Shown: positions 1 through 9,257 of the stretch, one piece after another | How positions within the stretch are numbered: the stretch's first letter is position 1 | Layout: every line of letters begins with the position of its first letter | NCBI GenBank assembly: GCA_049968235.1 | Contig: JBMFRC010000005.1 | Span: 96,001 to 160,000 of the forward strand | From: Candidatus Hydrogenedens sp. | GTDB lineage: Bacteria > Hydrogenedentota > Hydrogenedentia > Hydrogenedentales > Hydrogenedentaceae | DNA length: 64,000 bases | Reading direction: 5' to 3' | Notes under the pieces: model-generated | The model's input: only the letters and a program-made list of their open reading frames with translations | What the model was told of the DNA's origin: nothing | The model's database searches: none | Made by a program: the position numbers and the translations under genes

Positions 1-1
1 T

Positions 2-1126
2 GATGAATTACTGACCTACCACTATCTTGTAGCAGAGTTTTTCCGCACCACAGAAATGCCCTATTCAAATTTCTGGAATATGTCTAAAAAGGAACAAGCC
101 AATGCAATATGGCAAGCCTTGTTTATTGAACGCAGTCCGATAAGTGAAGCATGTCGAGGTGTGTTGACCGTGTTAAACCGATTGGGTCTGGATACAACCG
201 AACGGGACCTGAACGCTTATAGAAATTGGTTTGCACAACAATCCATTGAAGACCATGTAAACCGTGTATTTGAAGTAGCAAATTTAAAGGCGGTAGTGAT
301 GACGAACGACCCCTTTGACCCACAGGAACGCGATTTCTGGGCAAATCCGACAGAGATAGACCCGCGTTTTTTTACTTCACTGCGGTTGGACACACTTATT
401 CTCCGCTGGGTAGAGGTTTATACCCTGTTACAAACATGGGGCTATACGGTAGATAAAGACCTTACCGAAGAAACATTATCAGAGATACGACGCTTCGTTA
501 GCGATTGGATACAAAAGATAAAACCGGTATATGTAGCAGTTTCATTGCCTCCCCAATTCGATTTTCCCGAACATAGTCCTCGTGGGATTATTATTGAACA
601 AGCAATATTACCTGTTACAAAGTTTTTCAATATCCCTCTGGCACTAATGATTGGAGTGAACCGCAATGTAAATCCGGAATTAAAATTAGCAGGAGATAGT
701 GTCGGAACCGCCTCCTTACGTCCTGTTGAGAACTTATGTGAAAAATACCCGCAGAATAAATTTATGTTTACGATGCTTTCCCGAGAGAATATTCATTCTG
801 CATGTGTTACCGCAAGGAAATTTCGGAATCTTCTGCCATTTGGCTGTTGGTGGTTTTTAAATAATCCCAGTTTAATTGAAGAAATAACCACAATGAGGGT
901 GGAACTATTAGGCACCACCTTTATTCCACAGCATTCAGATGCTCGTGTGTTAGAACAGGTTATTTATAAATGGGAACATACACAGCAAGTATTAATAAAA
1001 GTATTTATAGAACAATATTCAAAAATTCTTGCAACCGGCTGGAAATTGACCGAAAACGAAATGAAAAGAGATGTTTCCAACTATCTCGGAGGGAACTTCT
1101 GGAAATTTTTAGAAAATAAATTCTAA
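2..1126 (+). CDS. uxaC: Glucuronate isomerase (UxaC-like), 5' end truncated by the window edge
   Basis: The frame is open from the window start. The C-terminal half matches the uronate isomerase family: 'VVMTNDPFD' and 'LPFGCWWFLNNP...LGTTFIPQHSDARVLEQVIYKWEH' are analogous to E. coli UxaC 'MVGTTDDPID' and 'FGSGWWFNDQ...[20 protein letters not shown]'. Confidence 0.7.
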   Translation, partial: DELLTYHYLVAEFFRTTEMPYSNFWNMSKKEQANAIWQALFIERSPISEACRGVLTVLNRLGLDTTERDLNAYRNWFAQQSIEDHVNRVFEVANLKAVVMTNDPFDPQERDFWANPTEIDPRFFTSLRLDTLILRWVEVYTLLQTWGYTVDKDLTEETLSEIRRFVSDWIQKIKPVYVAVSLPPQFDFPEHSPRGIIIEQAILPVTKFFNIPLALMIGVNRNVNPELKLAGDSVGTASLRPVENLCEKYPQNKFMFTMLSRENIHSACVTARKFRNLLPFGCWWFLNNPSLIEEITTMRVELLGTTFIPQHSDARVLEQVIYKWEHTQQVLIKVFIEQYSKILATGWKLTENEMKRDVSNYLGGNFWKFLENKF

Positions 1127-1166
1127 ATACAACAAAACAAAATAAAAAACAATAAGGAGAAAAACA

Positions 1167-2501
1167 ATGTTAGGTTGCACGCTAGGCAGTATGTTTCAAG
1201 TCTCTGTTGCGGGAGGTAGTTATCAGGAAGGATTAACGACATTCATACAGGGTGTCCCTCCGGGCTACTACTTAACCGAAAGCGAGATTTACGAATCCCT
1301 TCTAACTCGTAAACCTGGGCAAAGTGAATTGGCATCACCGCGCCGTGAAGCAGATGTGCCCGTTATTTACAGTGGGGTAAATTCCGCAGATACCATGCCG
1401 GGTTTTCAAAATGCAGGCTATACAAACGGAACGCCTCTGGTTATTTTAATCCCGAATGTTGACCGTCATATGGAACATATTGAACAATATCAAGTAACCA
1501 ATCGCACCCCGCGTCCCGGTCATGCCTCTTATACCTCTTTTGTTAAATATGGTATCTGGGACGATGCTATCGGTGCAGGTTTTTTCAGCGGAAGGTACAC
1601 ATCCACCATTGTTGCAGCGGGTGCTATTGCAAAAAAAGTATTAAAACAACATGGAATTGAGGTCTTTTCGTATGTAAAAGAAGCAGCAGGTGTAAAAGCC
1701 AGCGATGTTCCTATTGAAGAAGCCAAAAAAAAGGTTGATACATTCCGTAAAGTGCGAAAGGAATACGACCCTATTTATCGTTGGGTTTTTAAAGAAGGAA
1801 GAATTACTCCGGAAATGCGGTTTCTCCATAAAATGGCAGTTATTGCAGAATTGGAACGAAAACTCCTTGAAATTCGTGAGCAGGCACCTGTTGTGGATTA
1901 CCAGAAAATTCGCGAAGAGTATGGTATCCATTTTACCATGAATTGCCCGGATACAAATGCTGCGTTTGAAATGGAAAAACAGATTATTAAGATTCGGGAT
2001 GAAGGCGATTCCAGTGGGGGGCTGGTTGAAGTCGTTGCAACGGGTGTTCCAATAGGATTAGGAGAACCTGTATTTCGCAAATTAGATGGAGAAATAGGTC
2101 GCATGCTGAGTATCGGAGCCGTCAAAGCAGTTGAAATAGGTGCAGGTTATGCGGTAAAGGACATGAAAGGCTCGGAGTGCAACGACCAAATGCGAGTTGA
2201 GAACGGAAAAGTGGTATTTAATTCCAACAATGCAGGTGGGATTACAGGTGGACTTACCACAGGACAACCGATTGTTGCAAGAATTGCTGTAAAACCTACG
2301 CCGACTATTGCCAAAGACCAGCAGACCATTGATAAAGTAAGTCTGGAAAATGCAACGCTCAAAGCAGTAACACGGAGAGACCCGACTATCGTTGCCCGCG
2401 TTTGGCCCGTTGCGGAAGCCTTCCTGGCATGCATTCTGTTGGACCACCTGATGATGCACCATGGATACCAATCTCTTATTCCATCTACCTCTATACGTTG
2501 A
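1167..2501 (+). CDS. aroC: Chorismate synthase (divergent)
   Basis: 'RPGHASYT' and 'AAGAIAKKVL' match the AroC motifs RPGHADYT and AAGAIAKKYL. Length and overall collinearity fit; an SD 'aaggaga' sits upstream. The N-terminal 'GGSYQEG' replaces the canonical GESHG. Confidence 0.85.
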   Translation: MLGCTLGSMFQVSVAGGSYQEGLTTFIQGVPPGYYLTESEIYESLLTRKPGQSELASPRREADVPVIYSGVNSADTMPGFQNAGYTNGTPLVILIPNVDRHMEHIEQYQVTNRTPRPGHASYTSFVKYGIWDDAIGAGFFSGRYTSTIVAAGAIAKKVLKQHGIEVFSYVKEAAGVKASDVPIEEAKKKVDTFRKVRKEYDPIYRWVFKEGRITPEMRFLHKMAVIAELERKLLEIREQAPVVDYQKIREEYGIHFTMNCPDTNAAFEMEKQIIKIRDEGDSSGGLVEVVATGVPIGLGEPVFRKLDGEIGRMLSIGAVKAVEIGAGYAVKDMKGSECNDQMRVENGKVVFNSNNAGGITGGLTTGQPIVARIAVKPTPTIAKDQQTIDKVSLENATLKAVTRRDPTIVARVWPVAEAFLACILLDHLMMHHGYQSLIPSTSIR

Positions 2502-2601
2502 TAAATTCGCATATTCAAATTAAAAATTTATATACTTGTATGTAAATGCAAAAGAAAGAGTGCTAGTTTTAAATTTTCTTTTTATATAGAGGTATCAAAA
2601 C

Positions 2602-3759
2602 ATGGAACGCTCAACAATTATAGGTTTTATTTTGACACTTATCATTGCTTTAATTTTCTGCGCAGGATATATCGTTTTTGTGGCATCAAAAAATCCGACT
2701 CCTGCAAGACCTGCGGTCTCTCAAACAACTCCTACCACAACGACCAGTATTCCCAATCAATCTTCTATAAAACCACAAACAATCCCCTCCCGCACACCGC
2801 CACTCAAAGTTGAAGGGATAACATTTCAACCCGCTTTAAGTGAACCCGATGTACAAATTAAAATGACACGGCAGATTGCTGGAGGAGGTTCGGCACAACC
2901 GGGAAGCACTTTAGATATTACAATTATACTGGAAAAAGAAGGAGCAAAAATAATTCGTGCATTAGGTATTCAGGAATTACTCCCAGTAGGTTGGACGTTT
3001 GATTCAGTAATTGAAGGAACAAAACCGGATTTAGTTCCTCCTCCCGGGAGAACACCTCTTTTAGAATTTGCATGGTTTAATATTCCCGCCTTTCCCACAT
3101 CTTTTACATATAGAGTTCGTGTCCCCAATGAATTTAAGGATGTTGTAGAAATTCAGGGACAAACACTTTACCGTGCTGATGCAGGTGAATTACGAACAGA
3201 TGTGATGAAATCCCCTGTAATCCCCTCCGGCGAGAAATCGCTTACACCTGCATCTTCTTCCGACCAATCCCCATCGGGGAAATCCGAAGAGATGCAACCC
3301 GATGCCCCATCAACAATAGAAAATGCTTCTTCATCTCAACCTCTGAAACCAGTAGCGGTAAAGAAAGAAGAAGAAGAAAAGATGACTTTGATGCAGGCAA
3401 TTACCCCTGAAAAATACACACCGAATAGTACATTAGAGGTGAAAGCCACTATAAACTTTTCAGGACCGAAACCGGTAACCGCCCTTGCTTTAGTTGTCAA
3501 TCTTCCCGCACAAATTCAGTTTGAAAAAATCATAGATGGACCAACTCCTCCTATTGCTCCTAAAAAAGGTGATACAGGTACATTAAACTTTGTCTGGCCT
3601 TCTATTCCTCCCTTTCCGTTTACCATTACCTATCAGGTAACCGTTCAGGATAGATCCGCCGATGAAAAAAGTATAGCAGGGCAGGTGTTCTATCATACGG
3701 ATGGACCTCAGCAACAATCCGAACGAATAATTACTAAAATTTCTCCCGAAAGCAAATAA
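2602..3759 (+). CDS. Hypothetical membrane-anchored Pro/Thr-rich protein with two tandem copies of a beta-rich domain
   Basis: N-terminal TM helix followed by a PT-rich linker. There is an internal duplication: 'AWFNIPAFPTSFTYRVRVP' versus 'FVWPSIPPFPFTITYQVTVQD'. An SD is present upstream. Confidence 0.55.
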   Translation: MERSTIIGFILTLIIALIFCAGYIVFVASKNPTPARPAVSQTTPTTTTSIPNQSSIKPQTIPSRTPPLKVEGITFQPALSEPDVQIKMTRQIAGGGSAQPGSTLDITIILEKEGAKIIRALGIQELLPVGWTFDSVIEGTKPDLVPPPGRTPLLEFAWFNIPAFPTSFTYRVRVPNEFKDVVEIQGQTLYRADAGELRTDVMKSPVIPSGEKSLTPASSSDQSPSGKSEEMQPDAPSTIENASSSQPLKPVAVKKEEEEKMTLMQAITPEKYTPNSTLEVKATINFSGPKPVTALALVVNLPAQIQFEKIIDGPTPPIAPKKGDTGTLNFVWPSIPPFPFTITYQVTVQDRSADEKSIAGQVFYHTDGPQQQSERIITKISPESK

Positions 3760-3827
3760 AATCTGTTTAGAAATATCAGAAAACAAAACTTCATAATAAA
3801 ACGGTTCTTAGTGAAAAGGGGAAAAGA

Positions 3828-5207
3828 ATGAATATACTTTTTGTCGGGTTGGCTGTAGCCTTAGGTTGGGGTTTGCGAGGCGAAATTGGAGGTGAACAAG
3901 GAGCCTTAATCCCCGGTGCCCTTTTAGGTCTGGCACTTGTTATTGCCAGTGCCAAAAAACACTGGCAGGAAAAAGCCCCTGTAATAGCGTCTGCAGGAGC
4001 ATTAGAGATGTCTCTGGGGGGTATTCAAAGTTATGGCATTTTAATTGGCTATACTCATGGAGTAGATTTATTAAATGTTACTTATGGATACCTCGCTTTA
4101 GCAATAGTCGGAGGATTATGGGGGGCTTTCTGCTGTGGTATTCTGGGTATGGTCCTATCTGATAAACGAAAAAGTTTATTATTCTGGATTTTCTTCCTGA
4201 TAGCCTTGTATGTCAGTGCCCAGGTTTTTTATTTCATTCTAATCAAAGTATTTAAACTTTTAATGACGCCACCCCGAGTTGAGAATTGGGCTTTAGTTTT
4301 AGGAGCTGTTTTTGCTTTGTTTGTAATTAACTTTATACAAAAAGAACATAAAACTTGCAGATTAGTGCTTCGTGGGTTTCTTGCAGGAGCTGTGGGTTTT
4401 ATGTTTGGAGAATCATTGCAAGTTTATGGCAGATTTTTGGGTCCGGAATTTGATTGGTGGAAGGTCATGGAAATTTCTTTTGGTTTTGTTATGGGCATAG
4501 GTATTGCTTATGCCGTTTTCCGCGAATATGAGGAAGACCATCCAATTATGAATATTTCACCGTTCTTATATATCATAACTGTATTTATAATCCTTTCTTT
4601 TGTTCCATTGATTACCCTCAATAATTTATTGAAACGATTTGAAGAGAATAATATTCTGATGCGAGGTGATACACTTTGGCTAGACCCCTATTTTAATGTG
4701 ATGCTACGAGGTATTGCTCTAACTATCATTTCCATTATTGTTTATTGGAAATGGGTCAAAGAAAATCATGTCGAGAATACATCACCATGGCAAATGCAAT
4801 TCTTATGGCTCTGGACGATTTGGAGTAATGGTTGGATTACACAAATGTTGATGATGATACCTAAAGCAAGCATATCTCCTGTGAGAATTCATAGTTTTTT
4901 CTTATTCCTGATGATACTTTTAAGTATCTGGAGCATCCAGAAAAGGTTCGCTGTACCTACTTTCCCTTCATGTATAAAACCGGTGGAGGGGTATAAATGG
5001 GTTTTGGTAAGTTTAGGGATAATACCTATTCTTGCTATAATATTTGCAATAACCAGTATGGCAACACATCCGGGGAGAATGCCAGAGAAATTACAGAGAC
5101 GATTTGAGTGGAATACTTCTTCTATACGGTTTTTGCATTTAGAGAAGGAGCAGGTGGTGGAGTTTTCTCCTTTGGCACTAAACACCACCAGAACGACCAA
5201 TAAGTAA
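3828..5207 (+). CDS. Hypothetical polytopic membrane protein
   Basis: More than 10 predicted hydrophobic helices. SD 'aaagggga' before the ATG. Confidence 0.5.
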   Translation: MNILFVGLAVALGWGLRGEIGGEQGALIPGALLGLALVIASAKKHWQEKAPVIASAGALEMSLGGIQSYGILIGYTHGVDLLNVTYGYLALAIVGGLWGAFCCGILGMVLSDKRKSLLFWIFFLIALYVSAQVFYFILIKVFKLLMTPPRVENWALVLGAVFALFVINFIQKEHKTCRLVLRGFLAGAVGFMFGESLQVYGRFLGPEFDWWKVMEISFGFVMGIGIAYAVFREYEEDHPIMNISPFLYIITVFIILSFVPLITLNNLLKRFEENNILMRGDTLWLDPYFNVMLRGIALTIISIIVYWKWVKENHVENTSPWQMQFLWLWTIWSNGWITQMLMMIPKASISPVRIHSFFLFLMILLSIWSIQKRFAVPTFPSCIKPVEGYKWVLVSLGIIPILAIIFAITSMATHPGRMPEKLQRRFEWNTSSIRFLHLEKEQVVEFSPLALNTTRTTNK

Positions 5208-6054
5208 TCGTGCCCATAAGAAATCCAAATAAAGAGCCCATCAAGGTGCAATAAGGGAAATGTGCAGCGGTATAAATACGCGTATAAGCGTGTACACCTG
5301 CCCATGTTGCCAATGCCCCTTTTGCCCACTTTTTACGAATACCCCATATTGCGGGTGTTAGTAGTGCAAATAAGGAAGAAGCATGACCGGAAATATACGA
5401 AGGGGAACCTTTTACCACTTCATCTTTTATCACACGTACCTGTTTATTCCACGGTTCATATTTCTCGTGTAATGGACGCGGTCTACCGACAGTCTTTTTT
5501 ATATTATCTTCTCCCAGATAATTCGTGAAAAATACACTGATAATTGTTATCCAGAAAATTCGACTCCATCTTTTCCGCTCCAAATAATTCCATTTTTCCC
5601 ATGTCTTTGAACCAAACCAGAAAGCAAGGAATGAAACGATACTTAAAATAATAAAAACACTTCGATATTCATGAGGTCGCCACCAGAATATTCCATATGA
5701 TGAAATCCATAATCCACATAAATGATATATTCCTAAAACAACAGCAAAAACTTTCCACACATATCCTGCAACTTTTATAGCAGTATTATTTTTTCGAACA
5801 ATTAGATTTGTTATCTGCCAGGAAATTGCTGTGATAGAGAACAGGTACACAGAAAAATGGGTCAGAAAGACCATAACTTCATCCAGAATAGGGACATAAT
5901 GGTCAGGTTGTAATGCTAATAAAATCGCCTCATCAATCGGGTCATTAATCAACTTTGCACCCAAAAGAAATATTTCATACAGTATTAGATAACCAATAAC
6001 TACAATTATTAGAGAAAAAAATAACTTCAAAAAAATAGGTAAATCTCGATACAT
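5122..6054 (-). CDS. PAP2-family (acid phosphatase / lipid phosphatase) membrane protein
   Basis: PAP2 motifs: KxxxxxxRP ('KKTVGRPRP'), PSGH ('YISGHAS') and SRxxxxxH ('TRIYTAAHFP'), following an N-terminal multi-TM region. Confidence 0.65.
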   Translation of the reverse strand: MYRDLPIFLKLFFSLIIVVIGYLILYEIFLLGAKLINDPIDEAILLALQPDHYVPILDEVMVFLTHFSVYLFSITAISWQITNLIVRKNNTAIKVAGYVWKVFAVVLGIYHLCGLWISSYGIFWWRPHEYRSVFIILSIVSFLAFWFGSKTWEKWNYLERKRWSRIFWITIISVFFTNYLGEDNIKKTVGRPRPLHEKYEPWNKQVRVIKDEVVKGSPSYISGHASSLFALLTPAIWGIRKKWAKGALATWAGVHAYTRIYTAAHFPYCTLMGSLFGFLMGTITYWSFWWCLVPKEKTPPPAPSLNAKTV

Positions 6055-6318
6055 AAAAAATCCTTTACTCGTAAATGTAGACTTTACAAGGGAATAAATA
6101 GACTTGATAAAATATACAAAAGTTTCACAAGAAGATTACAAAATACAATAACATTTTACCTATCAATTTACAAATTGAGGTGAAATATATCACAGGTAAA
6201 GACCGATAAAATAGGAGATAAATCACGATATATTATAGATAAGAATTGTTTCTTTATAAGGAATCTTAATGGTATATTACTTCATAAAAAATAAACAGAT
6301 AGATAGGAAAGTATTCCC

Positions 6319-7968
6319 ATGAATTTTGAGAGGAAAAAATGTCGTTTGAAACAAATAGTTCCATTTCTTTTTTTAATAGTATCACTTTTATCGTTTGCCT
6401 CTTTTCCCGTATCGCAATTCTACCGTGTCCCGATGTCCGATGGGACAGAATTAGCAACAGATGTGTATCTTCCGGATGGGCAGGAAGGACCCTTCCCTGT
6501 ATTTTTAGTTCGAAGCACATACGGTAGGGTATTGGATGTAAAAAAATATCTCGATGAAGGGTATGCCGTTGTTATTCAGGATGTGCGTGGTATGGGAGAA
6601 AGTCCTGGTGAGAAATTTGTGTTTCATGCAGATGGTTGGGATGAGAAATTACATGATGGTGTTGATACAGTAAATTGGATAATAAAACAACCTTGGTGCA
6701 GTGGTAAAATAGGTACTTTTGGTGGTTCTGCGTTAGGAATAACACAGACATTATTGGCGCCGGCAACCGATAAAATTTCTGCCCAACATATTGATGTCGG
6801 CACAGGAAGTTTATATCATAATTCTATTTATGAGGGGGGTGTTTTCCGAAAGAATATGATGGAAGGCTGGCTTCAATTAATTGGGCAACCTTATCTTGTA
6901 GATATGTATAAATCACACCCACTTTATGATGAGTTTTGGAAACAGTTTGATAGTAATGTTCTGGCAAATCGAATAACTGCACCTGCATTATTTGTAGGTG
7001 GTTGGTATGATATTTTTCAGCAGGCTACTATCGATGCTTTTCTTGCGCGGGAAAAAGAAGGTTCTGAAAAAGTTCGAGGGAAAAATTATCTGATTATGAA
7101 ATGGTCATCACATGGACCCGATATAACACAGGATTACAAACTCAATCCCAATCGTTTTGACCTGCACATATCTCATATTTCCTATGCCTTTTTCGATTAT
7201 CATCTAAAAGGAAATGTACATGCTCTGGACAATATCCCGAAGGTGCATTATTATGTAATGGGTTCAGATAAACCTCATGCCCCCGGAAATTGCTGGAGGA
7301 CTGCCGATTCCTGGCCTCCCTTTGAGTCAAAAGAACTTTGTTTATTTCTAACATCAAATCGCAAATTGGAAAACAAACCTGTTGCAGGGGGGAATTATAC
7401 TCTTGATTTTATTTTCGACCCTCGCAATCCCTATCCCACACATGGTGGAGCCAATTTATTATTACCGTCAGGTCCTTTTGACCAGCGAAAATATAGTAAA
7501 CTGAGAAAGGACTTATTAAAATTTTCCAGCGACCCATTACAGAAACCCCTTGAAGTGACAGGTAGAGTTAAAGTTATTTTATTTGTGTCATCTGATGCAC
7601 CGGATACAGATTTTACGGCAAAATTACTGGATATTTATCCCGAGCCAGACGGTAGAGAAATCCTGGTGTTAGACAGCATACGTCGTGTAAAAACCCGGGA
7701 TTCTTTTGACCAGTTTTCTTCATTACTAAATTCGCCGAGTGAAATTGTCCGGTTAGAAATAGACCTTTTCAGTATCAGTTGGATTTTTGATAAAGGGCAT
7801 CGTATCGGTTTACATATTAGCAGTAGCAATTATCCCAAATATGAGATAAATCCTAACACAGGAGAAGACTTCCCGAAATCTGAAAACCTTCATACCGCTC
7901 ATAATTGGGTTTATTGTGGAGAAACTTATCCCAGTATGCTTGTATTACCCATACCTGAACAGAAGTAA
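6319..7968 (+). CDS. CocE/NonD-family (S15, X-Pro dipeptidyl-peptidase-like) hydrolase, secreted
   Basis: N-terminal signal peptide; nucleophile elbow 'FGGSALGITQ'; about 550 aa with the C-terminal beta-sandwich typical of the CocE/NonD family. Confidence 0.7.
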   Translation: MNFERKKCRLKQIVPFLFLIVSLLSFASFPVSQFYRVPMSDGTELATDVYLPDGQEGPFPVFLVRSTYGRVLDVKKYLDEGYAVVIQDVRGMGESPGEKFVFHADGWDEKLHDGVDTVNWIIKQPWCSGKIGTFGGSALGITQTLLAPATDKISAQHIDVGTGSLYHNSIYEGGVFRKNMMEGWLQLIGQPYLVDMYKSHPLYDEFWKQFDSNVLANRITAPALFVGGWYDIFQQATIDAFLAREKEGSEKVRGKNYLIMKWSSHGPDITQDYKLNPNRFDLHISHISYAFFDYHLKGNVHALDNIPKVHYYVMGSDKPHAPGNCWRTADSWPPFESKELCLFLTSNRKLENKPVAGGNYTLDFIFDPRNPYPTHGGANLLLPSGPFDQRKYSKLRKDLLKFSSDPLQKPLEVTGRVKVILFVSSDAPDTDFTAKLLDIYPEPDGREILVLDSIRRVKTRDSFDQFSSLLNSPSEIVRLEIDLFSISWIFDKGHRIGLHISSSNYPKYEINPNTGEDFPKSENLHTAHNWVYCGETYPSMLVLPIPEQK

Positions 7969-8227
7969 ATATTTGAAACCTCGGAACAATTCCTGTGAAA
8001 GGTTAGGGTATAAAGTATAATGTTTTTACGACATAAAATCCAGATAAAAAATTAAACTACAAAAGTCTGTATAACTACTTTTACCTATTTTATTTGTTAT
8101 ATTCTGTCCGTTTTTCTATCTTCTTGTTATCTATCCATATTGCCCCTTTTGTCTCCTTAATTCCCCATACATCCGTTTCAAATTATTTGCCGAAATTAAT
8201 AAGAAATGATATGCTCCTCTTTTTGTG

Positions 8228-8306
8228 CACCTCTGTGCCTCTCCGTGTCCTCCGTGGTGAAAAAAATATAATCAACCACGAGAACACAGAGAAACACGGA
8301 GAAAAA
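8228..8306. repeat. Imperfect palindrome built from three direct copies of CCTCYGTG and, after a 17-nt spacer, three copies of the complementary CACRGAGAA unit
   Basis: Read directly: 'cacctctgtgcctctccgtgtcctccgtggtg' ... 'caaccacgagaacacagagaaacacggagaaaaaa'. It lies in the convergent intergenic region between the CocE-like gene and uspA. Confidence 0.5.
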
Positions 8307-8765
8307 AGTCGTGCTATCGCTACCATTCAAATTACCTGCAAAGAGAACATAGAGAAATTATCACACACTGTTCAACAATGCAAAAAATAGTAAGGATGGA
8401 AACCTCTACTGTCCCTGTTCGCTTTATATACTCCTTTCTATACGCACCTCTACTCAAATTTCTTCCATACTATCACCTTTGTATCTGTCTCAAAAAACAT
8501 CTACGATGGGTCGGTTTCTGATGGGACACCTCGTATTCTATAAAACTTGTTCGCTCTACCTCGTTGGACCTTTCTTCAATACAAATAGAAGTGATTGCTT
8601 GTTTATATATGAGTAATAAAAACGGAATAAGGTATGAAGTAATAAATGGACAGAACATTTGTTTTTGACCCCTGGGGGAAGAAAAGTATTTATGCTGTGA
8701 ATCGCAATGGAATCTACGAGAAAAATGTGTGATACAGATAAAATGTTGTTATGTGATACATAGGG

Positions 8766-9239
8766 TTATTTTTTTGCGGAACGAGGAACAACAAGAACAG
8801 GACACTCTGCACGACGAACAACTCGTTCAACGACGCTTCCAAAAAAAGGTCGTTCCCAGGTACTATGCCCCCGTCGCCCCATAATAATAATATCTGCATG
8901 AACTTCATTTGCAAAATTCAATATAGCCTGGTAATCCCTTCCGATTTTTATTTCAACCTGAACCATAATTTCGTGTGGAATTTTGGATAAATAGGATTGC
9001 CGAATATTTTCATCAATATCCTGCTTTGCTTTTTTATCAATATCATCTATCTCATAAACATAGGTTTTCCAGAATTCTGCTTCCGGCTCCGGTATTACAT
9101 GCAGGATGATTAGCAGAGAACCGGGACGACGAAGCACTATATCCAGAGCATGCTGAAAAGCAATATCTGCATTTTCTGAGAAGTCTGTACAAAAAAGTAC
9201 TTTATGGGTTATAGGAAGGTTATTATCTTGTTCTGACAT
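8766..9239 (-). CDS. Universal stress protein (UspA family), last gene of the TRAP operon
   Basis: UspA ATP-binding motif 'ADIIIMGRRGHS...VVERVVRRAECPVLVV'; 157 aa. Confidence 0.8.
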   Translation of the reverse strand: MSEQDNNLPITHKVLFCTDFSENADIAFQHALDIVLRRPGSLLIILHVIPEPEAEFWKTYVYEIDDIDKKAKQDIDENIRQSYLSKIPHEIMVQVEIKIGRDYQAILNFANEVHADIIIMGRRGHSTWERPFFGSVVERVVRRAECPVLVVPRSAKK

Positions 9240-9257
9240 AAGTTTATCCTCCTTTAA

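Noticed and set aside
4889-5329. 146-aa minus-strand ORF overlapping the 3' end of the membrane protein and PAP2 genes
   Set aside because: It overlaps two better-supported genes with no motif support.
8094-8390. 98-codon + strand ORF in the CocE/uspA intergenic region
   Set aside because: No SD, low-complexity translation, and it spans the triple-repeat palindrome. Most likely non-coding.
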